A program made the translations under genes and the position numbers. 64,000 nucleotides of DNA from Heterodontus francisci (lineage: Eukaryota): positions 2,993,327 through 3,057,326 of the forward strand of contig NC_090421.1 in assembly GCF_036365525.1 (NCBI RefSeq), given 5' to 3'. Numbering within the stretch: the first letter of the stretch is position 1; the number at the start of each line of letters is the position of its first letter. Of this stretch, positions 10,501-18,819 are shown one piece after another. Under the pieces are notes generated by a model. The model worked only from the letters and a program-made list of their open reading frames with translations, had not been told where the DNA came from and ran no database searches.

Positions 10501-11279
10501 CGGCCGAGCTGACCCCCGCTGGGCCGGAACTGCTCATCGGACCCAGGCCCCGAAACCCTCCTCGGGAGCCGGTCCCGCACAACCCGAGCCGCCTCTCGGG
10601 AATGCCCTCCGTGCCATTCCAATCGGCGCGGAGGGGTTTCCTGTACGGGCTGCTCCTGCACACTTTCCACTTCCTCGCCCTCGTCAGCCGGCCGGACACG
10701 CCCTGGCGGTCCGCGTTGCCATCTGGCGGCGAGGGGAAACCCCGATGGAGGTCTCTCTACGCGGGAGTCTTCCCCCTTTACATCGGGGACCTGGGGTGGA
10801 GGGTGCTGCACAGAGCAGTCCCGTGCAATAGGCTTTTAAGTAGGTTCACGGACTCCCAGGCCACCTGTACTTTCTGCGGCCTGGACGAGTCCGTGTTCCA
10901 CATTTATACGGAGTGTGCGAGGTTGCAGCCCCTATTTGAGTATCTGAAGGGGCTGCTCCTCAAATTCTGGCTGCACTTCAGTCCCACGCTCCTGATCTTT
11001 GGGCACCCGGTGCGGAGGGGCTTGGGCCGGGAGGAGGATCTCCTCGTCGGTCTGCTCCTGGGCCTGGCCAAGGTGGCAATTCACAGGTCCAGGTTGCGGG
11101 CCGTCGGGGGTTCCGTCCTCCCTGATTGCCTGCCCCTCTTCCGCGGTTACGTTCGCGCCCGGGTGTCCCTGGAAAAGGAGCATGCGGTGTCCGCCGGTAC
11201 GCTTGAGGCCTTCCGCGACCGGTGGGCACCGCAGGGACTGGAGTGCATCGTCGACGCCGAGAATGGCATTTTAATTTGA
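7542..11279 (+). CDS. Tx1 ORF2 protein: APE endonuclease + reverse transcriptase + C-terminal zinc finger, copy 1
   Basis: SLNING, LQETH, GGDFN, SRIDR, SDH (APE); KSPGLDG, WRPVSLL, LDQEKAFD, RQGCPMS, YADD (RT); CTFC...H...C. 1245 aa, uninterrupted. Confidence 0.96.
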   Translation: MKITIASLNINGSRGAHRRFHNLSVLREGRYAVSFLQETHTVPGDEATWLLEWQGGVYMSHLTPISSGVAILLAPTFQPEILGVKELVPGRLLHLAVRLGSVPLHFVNVYAPRPGALQARFFEEVSALLSSIDSGECIILGGDFNCTLEVGDRSGPQRGQASVEKLRGLISSLNLVDVWRNLHPDSSAFTWRSGGGGSRIDRLYISQAYVSRVSAASMRLVPCSDHRLVWAEFTPLRTRAGSAYWHFNNRLLEDVRFRDSFCRFWTDWRRKQGGFPSLRLWWDVGKTHIRVFCQEYAKGSTKRREAEVGRLEREVLDLESRLGHAVADPALWQAYKEKKGALRNLQLIGSRGAYVRSRIQILEDLDRASPFFYSLEKWRGVRKQLVELLADDGSSITDPEGMGLLVRTYYSALFSPDPSSEDARRVLWEDLPQVSPEGAEGLEAPLTLAELTGALHQLSRGKSPGLDGLTVEFLRAFWDVLGDDYARVLGESLATGEMPLSWRRAVIVLLPKRGDLRLLKNWRPVSLLSTDYKIFARAMSTRLGSVLAHMIHPDQSYTVPGRSIQDNIHLVRDLIHLSQRTGQSVAFLSLDQEKAFDRVDHDYLFGTLRAFGLGPHFVARVRLLYAAAECLVKVNGSLTAPLRFGRGVRQGCPMSGQLYTICVEPFLCLLRRRLTGLALREPAMRVVLSAYADDVLLAITDPVDSRRMRDCQQTFSAASSARINWEKCSGLLVGQWRVDSLPEEMTPFAWSTTHLLYLGVHLSPAEEAWPANWQELEAKVTARLGRWTGLLRVLSYRGRALVINQLVASMLWYRLVTLAPPPVFATKIQKKLVDFFWGKRKHWVSAAVLSLPIEEGGQSLVCVRTQAATLRLRTLQRYLYVERPPRWCALATYFFRQCHCLQDDTQLPVESVSRASLRELPVFYRDLFRVWNMVASSQGAPPPAEESASAVRAADSGDGPAGGGVAETPGTPLTVGGEGARECGAIPAELTPAGPELLIGPRPRNPPREPVPHNPSRLSGMPSVPFQSARRGFLYGLLLHTFHFLALVSRPDTPWRSALPSGGEGKPRWRSLYAGVFPLYIGDLGWRVLHRAVPCNRLLSRFTDSQATCTFCGLDESVFHIYTECARLQPLFEYLKGLLLKFWLHFSPTLLIFGHPVRRGLGREEDLLVGLLLGLAKVAIHRSRLRAVGGSVLPDCLPLFRGYVRARVSLEKEHAVSAGTLEAFRDRWAPQGLECIVDAENGILI

Positions 11280-11415
11280 GTTTTTTGTTTATTTATCTGT
11301 TTTAATAAAGTTATTTTAAAACTGTAAATATGTACATAAAGGGGGCCTGAGGGATAAAGGCCCCCTCGATGTGAAAAATATAAAAGGGGCCTGGGGTATA
11401 AAGGTCACCTTGTGG

Positions 11416-11446
<31 letters not shown>

Positions 11447-12228
11447 GGGGTTAGATACAGAGTAAAGCTCCTTAAAAAAAAAAGAAAAAAAAAAAAAAAA
11501 AAAAAACGGGGTTAGAATAAGGAAAAAAAGAAAAAAAAAAAAACTGGGATTGGCTGCTCTCTGATTTGGGAGCCTGAGTGTTGAGAGCCTCAACGAGGTG
11601 CAGCTGAGAGTGCTGGTGGCAGTTGGAGGTTGCAGAGGTGGAGAGAGGAGCTGCACTGAGCAAGGGAGAGCAGCTACCAACAAGCAGAGGAAAACTCCAA
11701 CAACAGTCTCCATTAAAGAGAAGAAAGAGACATTTTTTGGAACAAGGCTTTGTCTGGAGGTGGGTGCTGAACACCAGTAATTTACTTTGGACTGTTGGGG
11801 GAGGAACAAGTGGCTGGAACAACAAGGGGTGGGGCTGCCAATTCAACAGGAATCTGTGCTGCTGCAAAAGCACACAGGGAAGCTCCCTCCCCACCCCAAT
11901 TGCCAAGCCTGGGTCAGCTGAAGCTGCCCAGCTAAACAGACGGAAGGGGATAGATAGTGCCTGGGCAGCTTCAGCTGACCCAGGTGAAGACGACTCCCCC
12001 AACCAGAAGACCGGAAGACCAACTTCAAAGACTGTTTATTTTAAGTGTACTGTGAGCACCACCTCCAGAAAGCAAGTCATCCCTTTCAGCCTGCCTTTGC
12101 CTCTCCTCTCTTACCTCAGCCTCTCCACTAACCTGTTGTTTGTTTGTTTGTCTTTTCAAATTTTTCTGTGAGTCGCTGTTATTTAGTGTGCAAGTCCACA
12201 ATTTGGGGTGGGTTTAGCTCTTGGACCC

Positions 12229-14265
12229 ATGGCAAGCCCTTCATCACCGGTGGCGGGGCCCTCTACTACCTACGCAGCTGCAGCTTCTGTGGCTGCCCAC
12301 GTGGCCCCGTCACCCTTTAAATTATTGACATGCAGCCATGGGGTGAAGAGCTATCCCCACCCCAACATGTCTATTGAGGCCTGCGTTAAGGCAATGGCCG
12401 TGGTTGTCGGCCCCTCGGCCATAGTTGCGGCCTCAAAGATGTATGGGAAGGCTGTGTTCTTTTTGAAGACCGAGCGGGCGGTGTCCCTGGCCCTGAGTAA
12501 AGGGCTCACTGTGGGGGGGACCTTCCTGCCAGTGGACCCTCTGGGGGCCACTGCGCATCGGATAATGTTGTCCAACGTCCCACCCTTCATTCCCAGTGAG
12601 CTCCTCCTCCCCCACCTGCACCATCTGGGGGAGGTGAGGTCGGGGATCACCCCAGTCCGGCTTGGTCTTCGGGAGCACAGCCTCCAACATGTCTACTCCT
12701 TCCGCCACCAGTTATTTATGCAGCTGGCGCGGGAGGAGGACACGGAGGGCCAATTTAATGTGGAGTTCCAGGGGACGGCCTACCGCGTCTTTTGGACCTC
12801 GGACGGGGCGCGGTGCCATGTCTGCAAGGGGGTGGGGCATGTTCGTAAGAACTGCCCCAACCTCCCGGCCGCCAGCTCCACCTCGGCGGCCCAGAGTGGT
12901 TCCACAGCACCTCCTCCCACTCCCCCCGCACATCCAACAGACACCGCTCAGTCGGTTCCGGAGGCTGTGGTTTTCACAGCCTCTGGCGGGGAGGGGAGCG
13001 TCCGTCCGAGCGGAAGGAAGACGCGGGGAAAAAAGAAACATCGTGAGGCGCGTCCCCTGGACACTTTGACTCAACCCGAGCCTGAGCTCAGCCCAAAGCC
13101 CATTCCCATGGAATCCACCTGTCCCAGGGCTGGGCTCAGGCCCAGGGTGACTAAAAAAGGAAAAAAGGGTGCGGAGGCCTCTGATGACATGGAGGTCTCT
13201 GAGTCTCCGCGCCCAAGTGCGAAAAAGAGGAGAAGGCACCCCTCCACAGAAATAACACAGGGCCCTGAGGTGCAGGGCCCATCTGTTGGAGGGGAGCTGC
13301 CTCCTGTTTCTGGTCCTCAGGTTCCCCCTACCGCCACCACCAAGGCTGCAAAGTCCGGGCAGGAGCACTCTATTCCTCAGGATGGAGGGGAGGGGATGGC
13401 CCCGGTACGTGAGGCCCCTCCTAAAGGAGTAAGTGGGGCCCTGCTTGTGGTGGGGGAGCCTGGGGAAACCGCCCATTCCGCCACTGCTACTGGGTCGGGT
13501 GCCCTGAATGAAGGGGAGGGCGAGGCCCCAGAGGGTCGGGCCTCCCAGCCGGAGTCCACCACCAACCAGGAGACACCCGACCCAGTTATAACTGAGAATG
13601 CTGCCCCATCTGCTGGGCCTGTGGGTGCTGGCGGAGTGGGAGATGGCCTCCTCTCGCCGCCTCCAGTCTCGGCTCCGGCTGGTTTCCCGGAGTCCGGAAC
13701 TTCTGTCTCCCCTGGACCACTCGTTGGCCTGGGGATGGAGGTGGAGGGGGGTCCTGAACCGCTGGTGCCTACAGGCTCCAGTTTCACAATAGAACCCAGA
13801 GAGGACTCCTCCGCCATCGATCCTGGGGGTGGGATCGTGACGGAGGCGGGACCAGCTGGCGCGGCTGGGACGTCCGCCCCACAGTGTGTGGTGGATGTGT
13901 CGGCCGCTGGCGGTGACGACCCGGAGGAGGATGGGGATTCGGTGCGGGGCACGGAGGATGATCTTGATTCCATCGCCAGTGAGGTGGTGGAGTCCCTCGT
14001 GCCTCCCACCGAATCTCCTCTCATCCCCACGGCGGAACTCCGGGATTTCCTCGTGGCTTGCAGAGGTTGCCGCAATAAAGTTCAGCTGGCCCTCGACCGT
14101 TGGTCGAATCTGGCACTGATCATCCAGTCCGTCCGTGCCGCCCTTAAGATAGCGGGCAAGCGCGCGGACGTGAAACTGGTTGAGAGGCGCCGTTTTAATG
14201 TGTTCCTCAATGGGTTGCTGGGGGAGTGGAGGGCCAGGTGCACTTCCACTCCCTCCTCACAGTGA
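12229..14265 (+). CDS. Tx1 ORF1 protein, copy 2
   Basis: As copy 1, with a 6-bp in-frame deletion (EAEAS to EAS) and several substitutions. Confidence 0.9.
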   Translation: MASPSSPVAGPSTTYAAAASVAAHVAPSPFKLLTCSHGVKSYPHPNMSIEACVKAMAVVVGPSAIVAASKMYGKAVFFLKTERAVSLALSKGLTVGGTFLPVDPLGATAHRIMLSNVPPFIPSELLLPHLHHLGEVRSGITPVRLGLREHSLQHVYSFRHQLFMQLAREEDTEGQFNVEFQGTAYRVFWTSDGARCHVCKGVGHVRKNCPNLPAASSTSAAQSGSTAPPPTPPAHPTDTAQSVPEAVVFTASGGEGSVRPSGRKTRGKKKHREARPLDTLTQPEPELSPKPIPMESTCPRAGLRPRVTKKGKKGAEASDDMEVSESPRPSAKKRRRHPSTEITQGPEVQGPSVGGELPPVSGPQVPPTATTKAAKSGQEHSIPQDGGEGMAPVREAPPKGVSGALLVVGEPGETAHSATATGSGALNEGEGEAPEGRASQPESTTNQETPDPVITENAAPSAGPVGAGGVGDGLLSPPPVSAPAGFPESGTSVSPGPLVGLGMEVEGGPEPLVPTGSSFTIEPREDSSAIDPGGGIVTEAGPAGAAGTSAPQCVVDVSAAGGDDPEEDGDSVRGTEDDLDSIASEVVESLVPPTESPLIPTAELRDFLVACRGCRNKVQLALDRWSNLALIIQSVRAALKIAGKRADVKLVERRRFNVFLNGLLGEWRARCTSTPSSQ

Positions 14266-14297
14266 GGTGTTGGTGACGGGTTTTAAGTACCTTTGAC

Positions 14298-17200
14298 ATG
14301 AAGATAACCATAGCCAGCCTCAACATCAACGGCAGCAGAGGGGCTCACCGCAGATTTCACAATCTCTCAGTCCTTAGGGAAGGGAGATACGCGGTGAGCT
14401 TTCTGCAGGAAACCCACACCGTTCCGGGAGACGAAGCCACCTGGCTCCTGGAGTGGCAGGGTGGGGTCTACATGAGTCACCTCACCCCTATTTCTAGTGG
14501 GGTGGCTATCTTGTTGGCCCCGACTTTTCAGCCGGAGATCTTGGGGGTCAAGGAGCTAGTGCCGGGCCGCTTGCTCCACCTCGCCGTTCGCCTGGGTAGC
14601 GTGCCGCTCCACTTTGTGAACGTGTACGCGCCCAGGCCCGGCGCGTTGCAAGCGCGCTTCTTTGAAGAAGTGTCCGCTCTCTTGAGCTCCATCGATAGCG
14701 GCGAGTGCATCATCCTCGGGGGGGATCTTAACTGCACCCTCGAGGTGGGGGATCGCTCCGGTCCCCAGCGCGGCCAAGCGTCGGTGGAGAAGTTGAGGGG
14801 ACTGATCAGCTCCCTTAACTTGGTGGACGTCTGGCGGAATCTCCATCCCGACTCCAGCGCCTTCACGTGGAGGTCTGGAGGAGGGGGGTCGCGAATCGAC
14901 CGCCTCTACATTTCGCAGGCGTACGTCTCCCGCGTTTCGGCGGCCTCCATGCGGCTGGTGCCGTGCTCGGACCACCGCCTGGTGTGGGCGGAGTTCACTC
15001 CGCTCCGCACGCGGGCGGGGTCCGCGTACTGGCACTTTAACAACCGGCTGCTGGAGGACGTGCGATTTCGGGACTCGTTCTGTCGATTCTGGGCCGACTG
15101 GAGAAGGAAGCAGGGGGGCTTCCCCTCCTTGAGGCTATGGTGGGATGTGGGCAAGACTCACATCCGCGTCTTCTGTCAGGAGTACGCGAAGGGGTCGACC
15201 AAGAGGCGGGAAGCCGAGGTCGGGCGCCTTGAGAGGGAGGTGCTCGACTTGGAATCCCGCCTCGGTCATGCCGTCGCGGACCCGGCCCTGTGGCAGGCGT
15301 ACAAAGAGAAGAAGGGCGCGCTGAGGAACCTGCAGCTCATAGGGTCCCGAGGCGCGTACGTGAGGTCGCGGATCCAGATCCTGGAAGATTTGGACCGCGC
15401 CTCACCCTTCTTCTACTCGCTGGAAAAATGGCGGGGGGTCCGTAAGCAGCTCATCGAGCTGCTGGCCGACGACGGATCCTCCATCACGGATCCAGAGGGA
15501 ATGGGCCTCCTGGTCCGGACTTATTACAGTGCGTTGTTCTCTCCGGATCCGTCCAGCGAGGATGCGCGCAGAGTTTTGTGGGAGGACCTGCCGCAGGTCA
15601 GCCCGGAGGGCGCCGAAGGATTGGAGGCTCCGCTCACGTTGGCGGAGCTGACTGGCGCCCTCCACCAGCTCTCGAGGGGCAAATCCCCAGGGCTGGATGG
15701 GTTGACCGTGGAGTTCCTCAGGGCGTTCTGGGACGTCCTGGGGGACGATTACGCGCGGGTCCTGGGGGAAAGCCTGGCGACCGGGGAGATGCCCCTCTCG
15801 TGGCGCAGGGCGGTCATCGTCCTGCTGCCGAAGAGGGGCGATCTCCGCCTGCTTAAAAACTGGCGTCCGGTCTCCCTCCTCAGCACGGATTATAAGATCT
15901 TTGCCCGGGCTATGTCTACCCGCCTGGGCTCCGTGCTGGCCCACATGATCCACCCCGACCAGTCCTACACGGTCCCGGGCTGGTCCATCCAGGACAACAT
16001 CCACCTGGTCCGGGACCTGATCCATCTTTCCCAGAGGACTGGTCAGTCGGTCGCCTTTCTCTCCCTCGATCAGGAGAAGGCGTTCGACAGGGTGGATCAC
16101 GATTACCTTTTCGGGACTCTGCGCGCTTTCGGACTCGGGCCGCATTTCGTGGCCTGGGTCCGACTTTTATACGCCGCCGCAGAGTGTCCAGTCAAAGTTA
16201 ACGGGTCCTTGACGGCGCCCCTTCGATTTGGGAGAGGAGTGCGTCAGGGGTGTCCCATGTCCGGCCAATTGTATACCATCTGCGTGGAGCCCTTCCTGTG
16301 CCTGCTTCGCAGGAGGTTGACGGGATTGGCTCTGCGCGAGCCGGCCATGCGGGTCGTCCTCTCGGCTTACGCCGACGACGTGCTCCTCGCAATCACAGAT
16401 CCCGTTGACTTGCGGAGGATGCGCGACTGCCAGCAGACCTTTTCTGCCGCGTCCTCCGCGAGGATCAATTGGGAGAAATGTTCCGGACTCCTGGTTGGTC
16501 AGTGGCGGGTGGACTCCCTGCCGGAGGAGATGACACCTTTTGCGTGGAGCACCACGCACCTCCTCTATCTGGGAGTCCAGCTTAGCCCCGCTGAGGAAGC
16601 CTGGCAGGCAAACTGGCAGGAGTTGGAGGCGAAAGTCACCGCTCGGCTGGGGCGCTGGACAGGACTGCTCCGAGTGCTTTCCTACAGGGGCCGAGCGTTG
16701 GTCATAAACCAACTGGTGGCCTCCATGCTGTGGTACCGGTTGGTCACTTTGGCCCCGCCCCCTGTATTTGCCACCAAGATCCAGAAGAAACTCGTCGATT
16801 TCTTCTGGGGCAAGAGGAAACACTGGGTCTCTGCCGCGGTCCTGAGTCTCCCGATTGAGGAGGGAGGTCAGTCGCTGGTGTGCGTCCGCACCCAGGCTGC
16901 GACTCTCCGCCTTCGGACCCTGCAGAGATACCTGTACGTCGAGCGTCCTCCCAGATGGTGTGCGCTGGCGACGTATTTTTTCCGCCAGTGTCACTGCCTT
17001 CAAGACGACACGCAGCTCCCGGTTGAGTCCGTTAGCCGCGCCTCTCTGAGGGAGTTGCCTGTCTTTTACCGGGATCTATTCCGAGTCTGGAACATGGTCG
17101 CCTCCAGTCAGGGTGCTCCCCCGCCGGCGGAGGAGAGCGCCTCGGCTGTCCGGGTGGCTGACTCCGGGGACGGTCCGGCGGGCGGAGGAGTAGCCGAAAC

Positions 17201-18035
17201 CCCCGGGACGCCCCTCACTGCGGGTGGCGAGGGGGCTTGGGAGTGCGGAGCGATCCCGACAGAGCTGACCCCCGCTCGGCCGGAACTGCTCATCGGACCC
17301 AGGCCCCGAAACCCTCCTCGGGAGCCGGTCCCGCACAACCCGAGCCGCCTCTCGGAAATGCCCTCCGTGCCATTCCAATCGGCGCAGAGGGCTTTCCTGT
17401 ACGGGCTGCTCCTGCACACTCTCCACTTCCTCGCCCTCGTCAGCCGGCCGGACACGCCCTGGCGGTCCGTGTTGCCATCTGGTGGCGAGGGGAAACCCCG
17501 ATGGAGGTCTCTCTACGCGGGAGTCTTCCCCCTTTACATCGGGGACCTGGGGTGGAGGGTGCTGCACAGAGCAGTCCCGTGCAATAGACTTTTAAGTAGG
17601 TTCACGGACTCCCAGGCCGCCTGTACTTTCTGCGGCCTGGACGAGTCCGTGTTCCATGTTTATACGGAGTGTGCGAGGTTGCAGCCCTTCTTTGAGTATC
17701 TGAAGGGGCTGCTCCTCAAATTCTTGCTGCACTTCAGTCCCACGCTCCTGATCTTTGGGCACCCGGTGCGGAGGGGCGTGGGCCGGGAGGAGGATCTCCT
17801 CGTCGGTCTGCTCCTGGGCCAGGCCAAGGTGGCAATTCACAGGTCCAGGTTGCGGGCCGTCGGGGGTTCCGTCCTGCCCGATTGCCTGCCCCTCTTCCGC
17901 GGTTACGTTCGCGCCCGGGTGTCCCTGGAGAAGGAGCATGCGGTGTCTGCCGGTACGCTTGAGGCCTTCTGCGACCGGTGGGCACCGCAGGGACCGGAGT
18001 GCATCATTGACGCCGAAAATGGCATTTTAATTTGA
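14298..18035 (+). CDS. Tx1 ORF2 protein, copy 2
   Basis: 1245 aa, uninterrupted; 28 aa differences from copy 1 by manual comparison. Confidence 0.96.
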   Translation: MKITIASLNINGSRGAHRRFHNLSVLREGRYAVSFLQETHTVPGDEATWLLEWQGGVYMSHLTPISSGVAILLAPTFQPEILGVKELVPGRLLHLAVRLGSVPLHFVNVYAPRPGALQARFFEEVSALLSSIDSGECIILGGDLNCTLEVGDRSGPQRGQASVEKLRGLISSLNLVDVWRNLHPDSSAFTWRSGGGGSRIDRLYISQAYVSRVSAASMRLVPCSDHRLVWAEFTPLRTRAGSAYWHFNNRLLEDVRFRDSFCRFWADWRRKQGGFPSLRLWWDVGKTHIRVFCQEYAKGSTKRREAEVGRLEREVLDLESRLGHAVADPALWQAYKEKKGALRNLQLIGSRGAYVRSRIQILEDLDRASPFFYSLEKWRGVRKQLIELLADDGSSITDPEGMGLLVRTYYSALFSPDPSSEDARRVLWEDLPQVSPEGAEGLEAPLTLAELTGALHQLSRGKSPGLDGLTVEFLRAFWDVLGDDYARVLGESLATGEMPLSWRRAVIVLLPKRGDLRLLKNWRPVSLLSTDYKIFARAMSTRLGSVLAHMIHPDQSYTVPGWSIQDNIHLVRDLIHLSQRTGQSVAFLSLDQEKAFDRVDHDYLFGTLRAFGLGPHFVAWVRLLYAAAECPVKVNGSLTAPLRFGRGVRQGCPMSGQLYTICVEPFLCLLRRRLTGLALREPAMRVVLSAYADDVLLAITDPVDLRRMRDCQQTFSAASSARINWEKCSGLLVGQWRVDSLPEEMTPFAWSTTHLLYLGVQLSPAEEAWQANWQELEAKVTARLGRWTGLLRVLSYRGRALVINQLVASMLWYRLVTLAPPPVFATKIQKKLVDFFWGKRKHWVSAAVLSLPIEEGGQSLVCVRTQAATLRLRTLQRYLYVERPPRWCALATYFFRQCHCLQDDTQLPVESVSRASLRELPVFYRDLFRVWNMVASSQGAPPPAEESASAVRVADSGDGPAGGGVAETPGTPLTAGGEGAWECGAIPTELTPARPELLIGPRPRNPPREPVPHNPSRLSEMPSVPFQSAQRAFLYGLLLHTLHFLALVSRPDTPWRSVLPSGGEGKPRWRSLYAGVFPLYIGDLGWRVLHRAVPCNRLLSRFTDSQAACTFCGLDESVFHVYTECARLQPFFEYLKGLLLKFLLHFSPTLLIFGHPVRRGVGREEDLLVGLLLGQAKVAIHRSRLRAVGGSVLPDCLPLFRGYVRARVSLEKEHAVSAGTLEAFCDRWAPQGPECIIDAENGILI

Positions 18036-18182
18036 GTTTTTGTTGATTTATCTGGTCTTAAATAAAGTTATTTTTTTTTAAACCTGTAAATATGTATATA
18101 AAGGGGGCCTGAGGAATAAAGGCCCCCTCAACATGAAAATATAAAAGGGGCCTGGGGTATAAAGGTCACCTTAAAACAAAAA

Positions 18183-18395
18183 CGGGGGTTAGATAAAAAA
18201 AAAACGGGGGTTAAAAAAAAAGAAAAAGAAAAAAAAAAACGGGGGTTAGATACAGAGTAAAGCTCCCTCTACACTGCCCCATCAAACATTCCCAGGACAG
18301 GTAAAGCACGGGGGTTAGATAAAAAAAATTGGGGGTTAGATACAGAGTAAAAAAAAACGGGTTAGATACAGAGTAAAGCTCCCTCTACACTGTCC
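18183..18395 (+). repeat. ~70-bp tandem repeat array, right part, interrupted by A-tracts
   Basis: One full unit (18240-18308) plus partial units, each restarting at (c)ggg(gg)tt after an A-tract. Confidence 0.92.
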
Positions 18396-18751
18396 AAACA
18401 ATGTGCCTTGAGCCGAACCTCATAAGGAAGCCCCCAAATGCACGTATACAATGTTTTTCTATGAAACAAACCAATCATCCTTCTGACCTGTGGGAATGAG
18501 ATTGTAAATTTAATACAAATTTATGACCACATTTCCATGGTCAGTTCACGGGCAGCATAGATGGGGATTGGGATGCAGGCAACCTGCTTGTTCTCTTGTT
18601 CATAGTTAGTATATGGAACAGAGAAAGACAGGTCAGAAAATTTAGAATAATAACCTTGAGCAAAAAAATTGATTCTAAAAACAATGATTAAGATGGTGTG
18701 GCTGTTAGTTCCTGCAGTTAATGTATGTTTCTCACCTGCCCTTCTTCTTAG

Positions 18752-18814
18752 GCGGATGACCATCCTTCTGCCAGCGTGGCTGAACTAAATCGTCAGATTG
18801 AGAAACTAAGTAAG
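18752..18814 (+). CDS. BAZ2A: BAZ2A coding exon
   Basis: cttcttag|...|gtgagt. Encodes ADDHPSASVAELNRQIEKLSK (BAZ2A ELERQIEKLSK). Confidence 0.9.
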
Positions 18815-18819
18815 GTGAG

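Larger units (their letters stand above)
4784..11445 (+). mobile_element. Full-length Tx1-clade (L1 group) non-LTR retrotransposon, copy 1
   Basis: ~680-nt 5'UTR, ORF1, ORF2, short 3'UTR with AATAAA (11304), A30 tail. The 5' end is defined by identity with copy 2. Confidence 0.95.
11544..18182 (+). mobile_element. Full-length Tx1-clade retrotransposon, copy 2 (head-to-tail with copy 1)
   Basis: Same 5' start (ctgggattggctg), same organisation, highly similar to copy 1 but not identical. Confidence 0.95.

Noticed and set aside
9432-10811. 459-aa antisense ORF and other long overlapping ORFs inside the Tx1 copies
   Set aside because: Shadow ORFs of GC-rich coding sequence. They have no motifs, and the 459-aa frame is broken in copy 2.
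11544-18182. Copy 2 as an assembly duplication of copy 1
   Set aside because: Dozens of substitutions, an in-frame indel and different tails indicate distinct copies.
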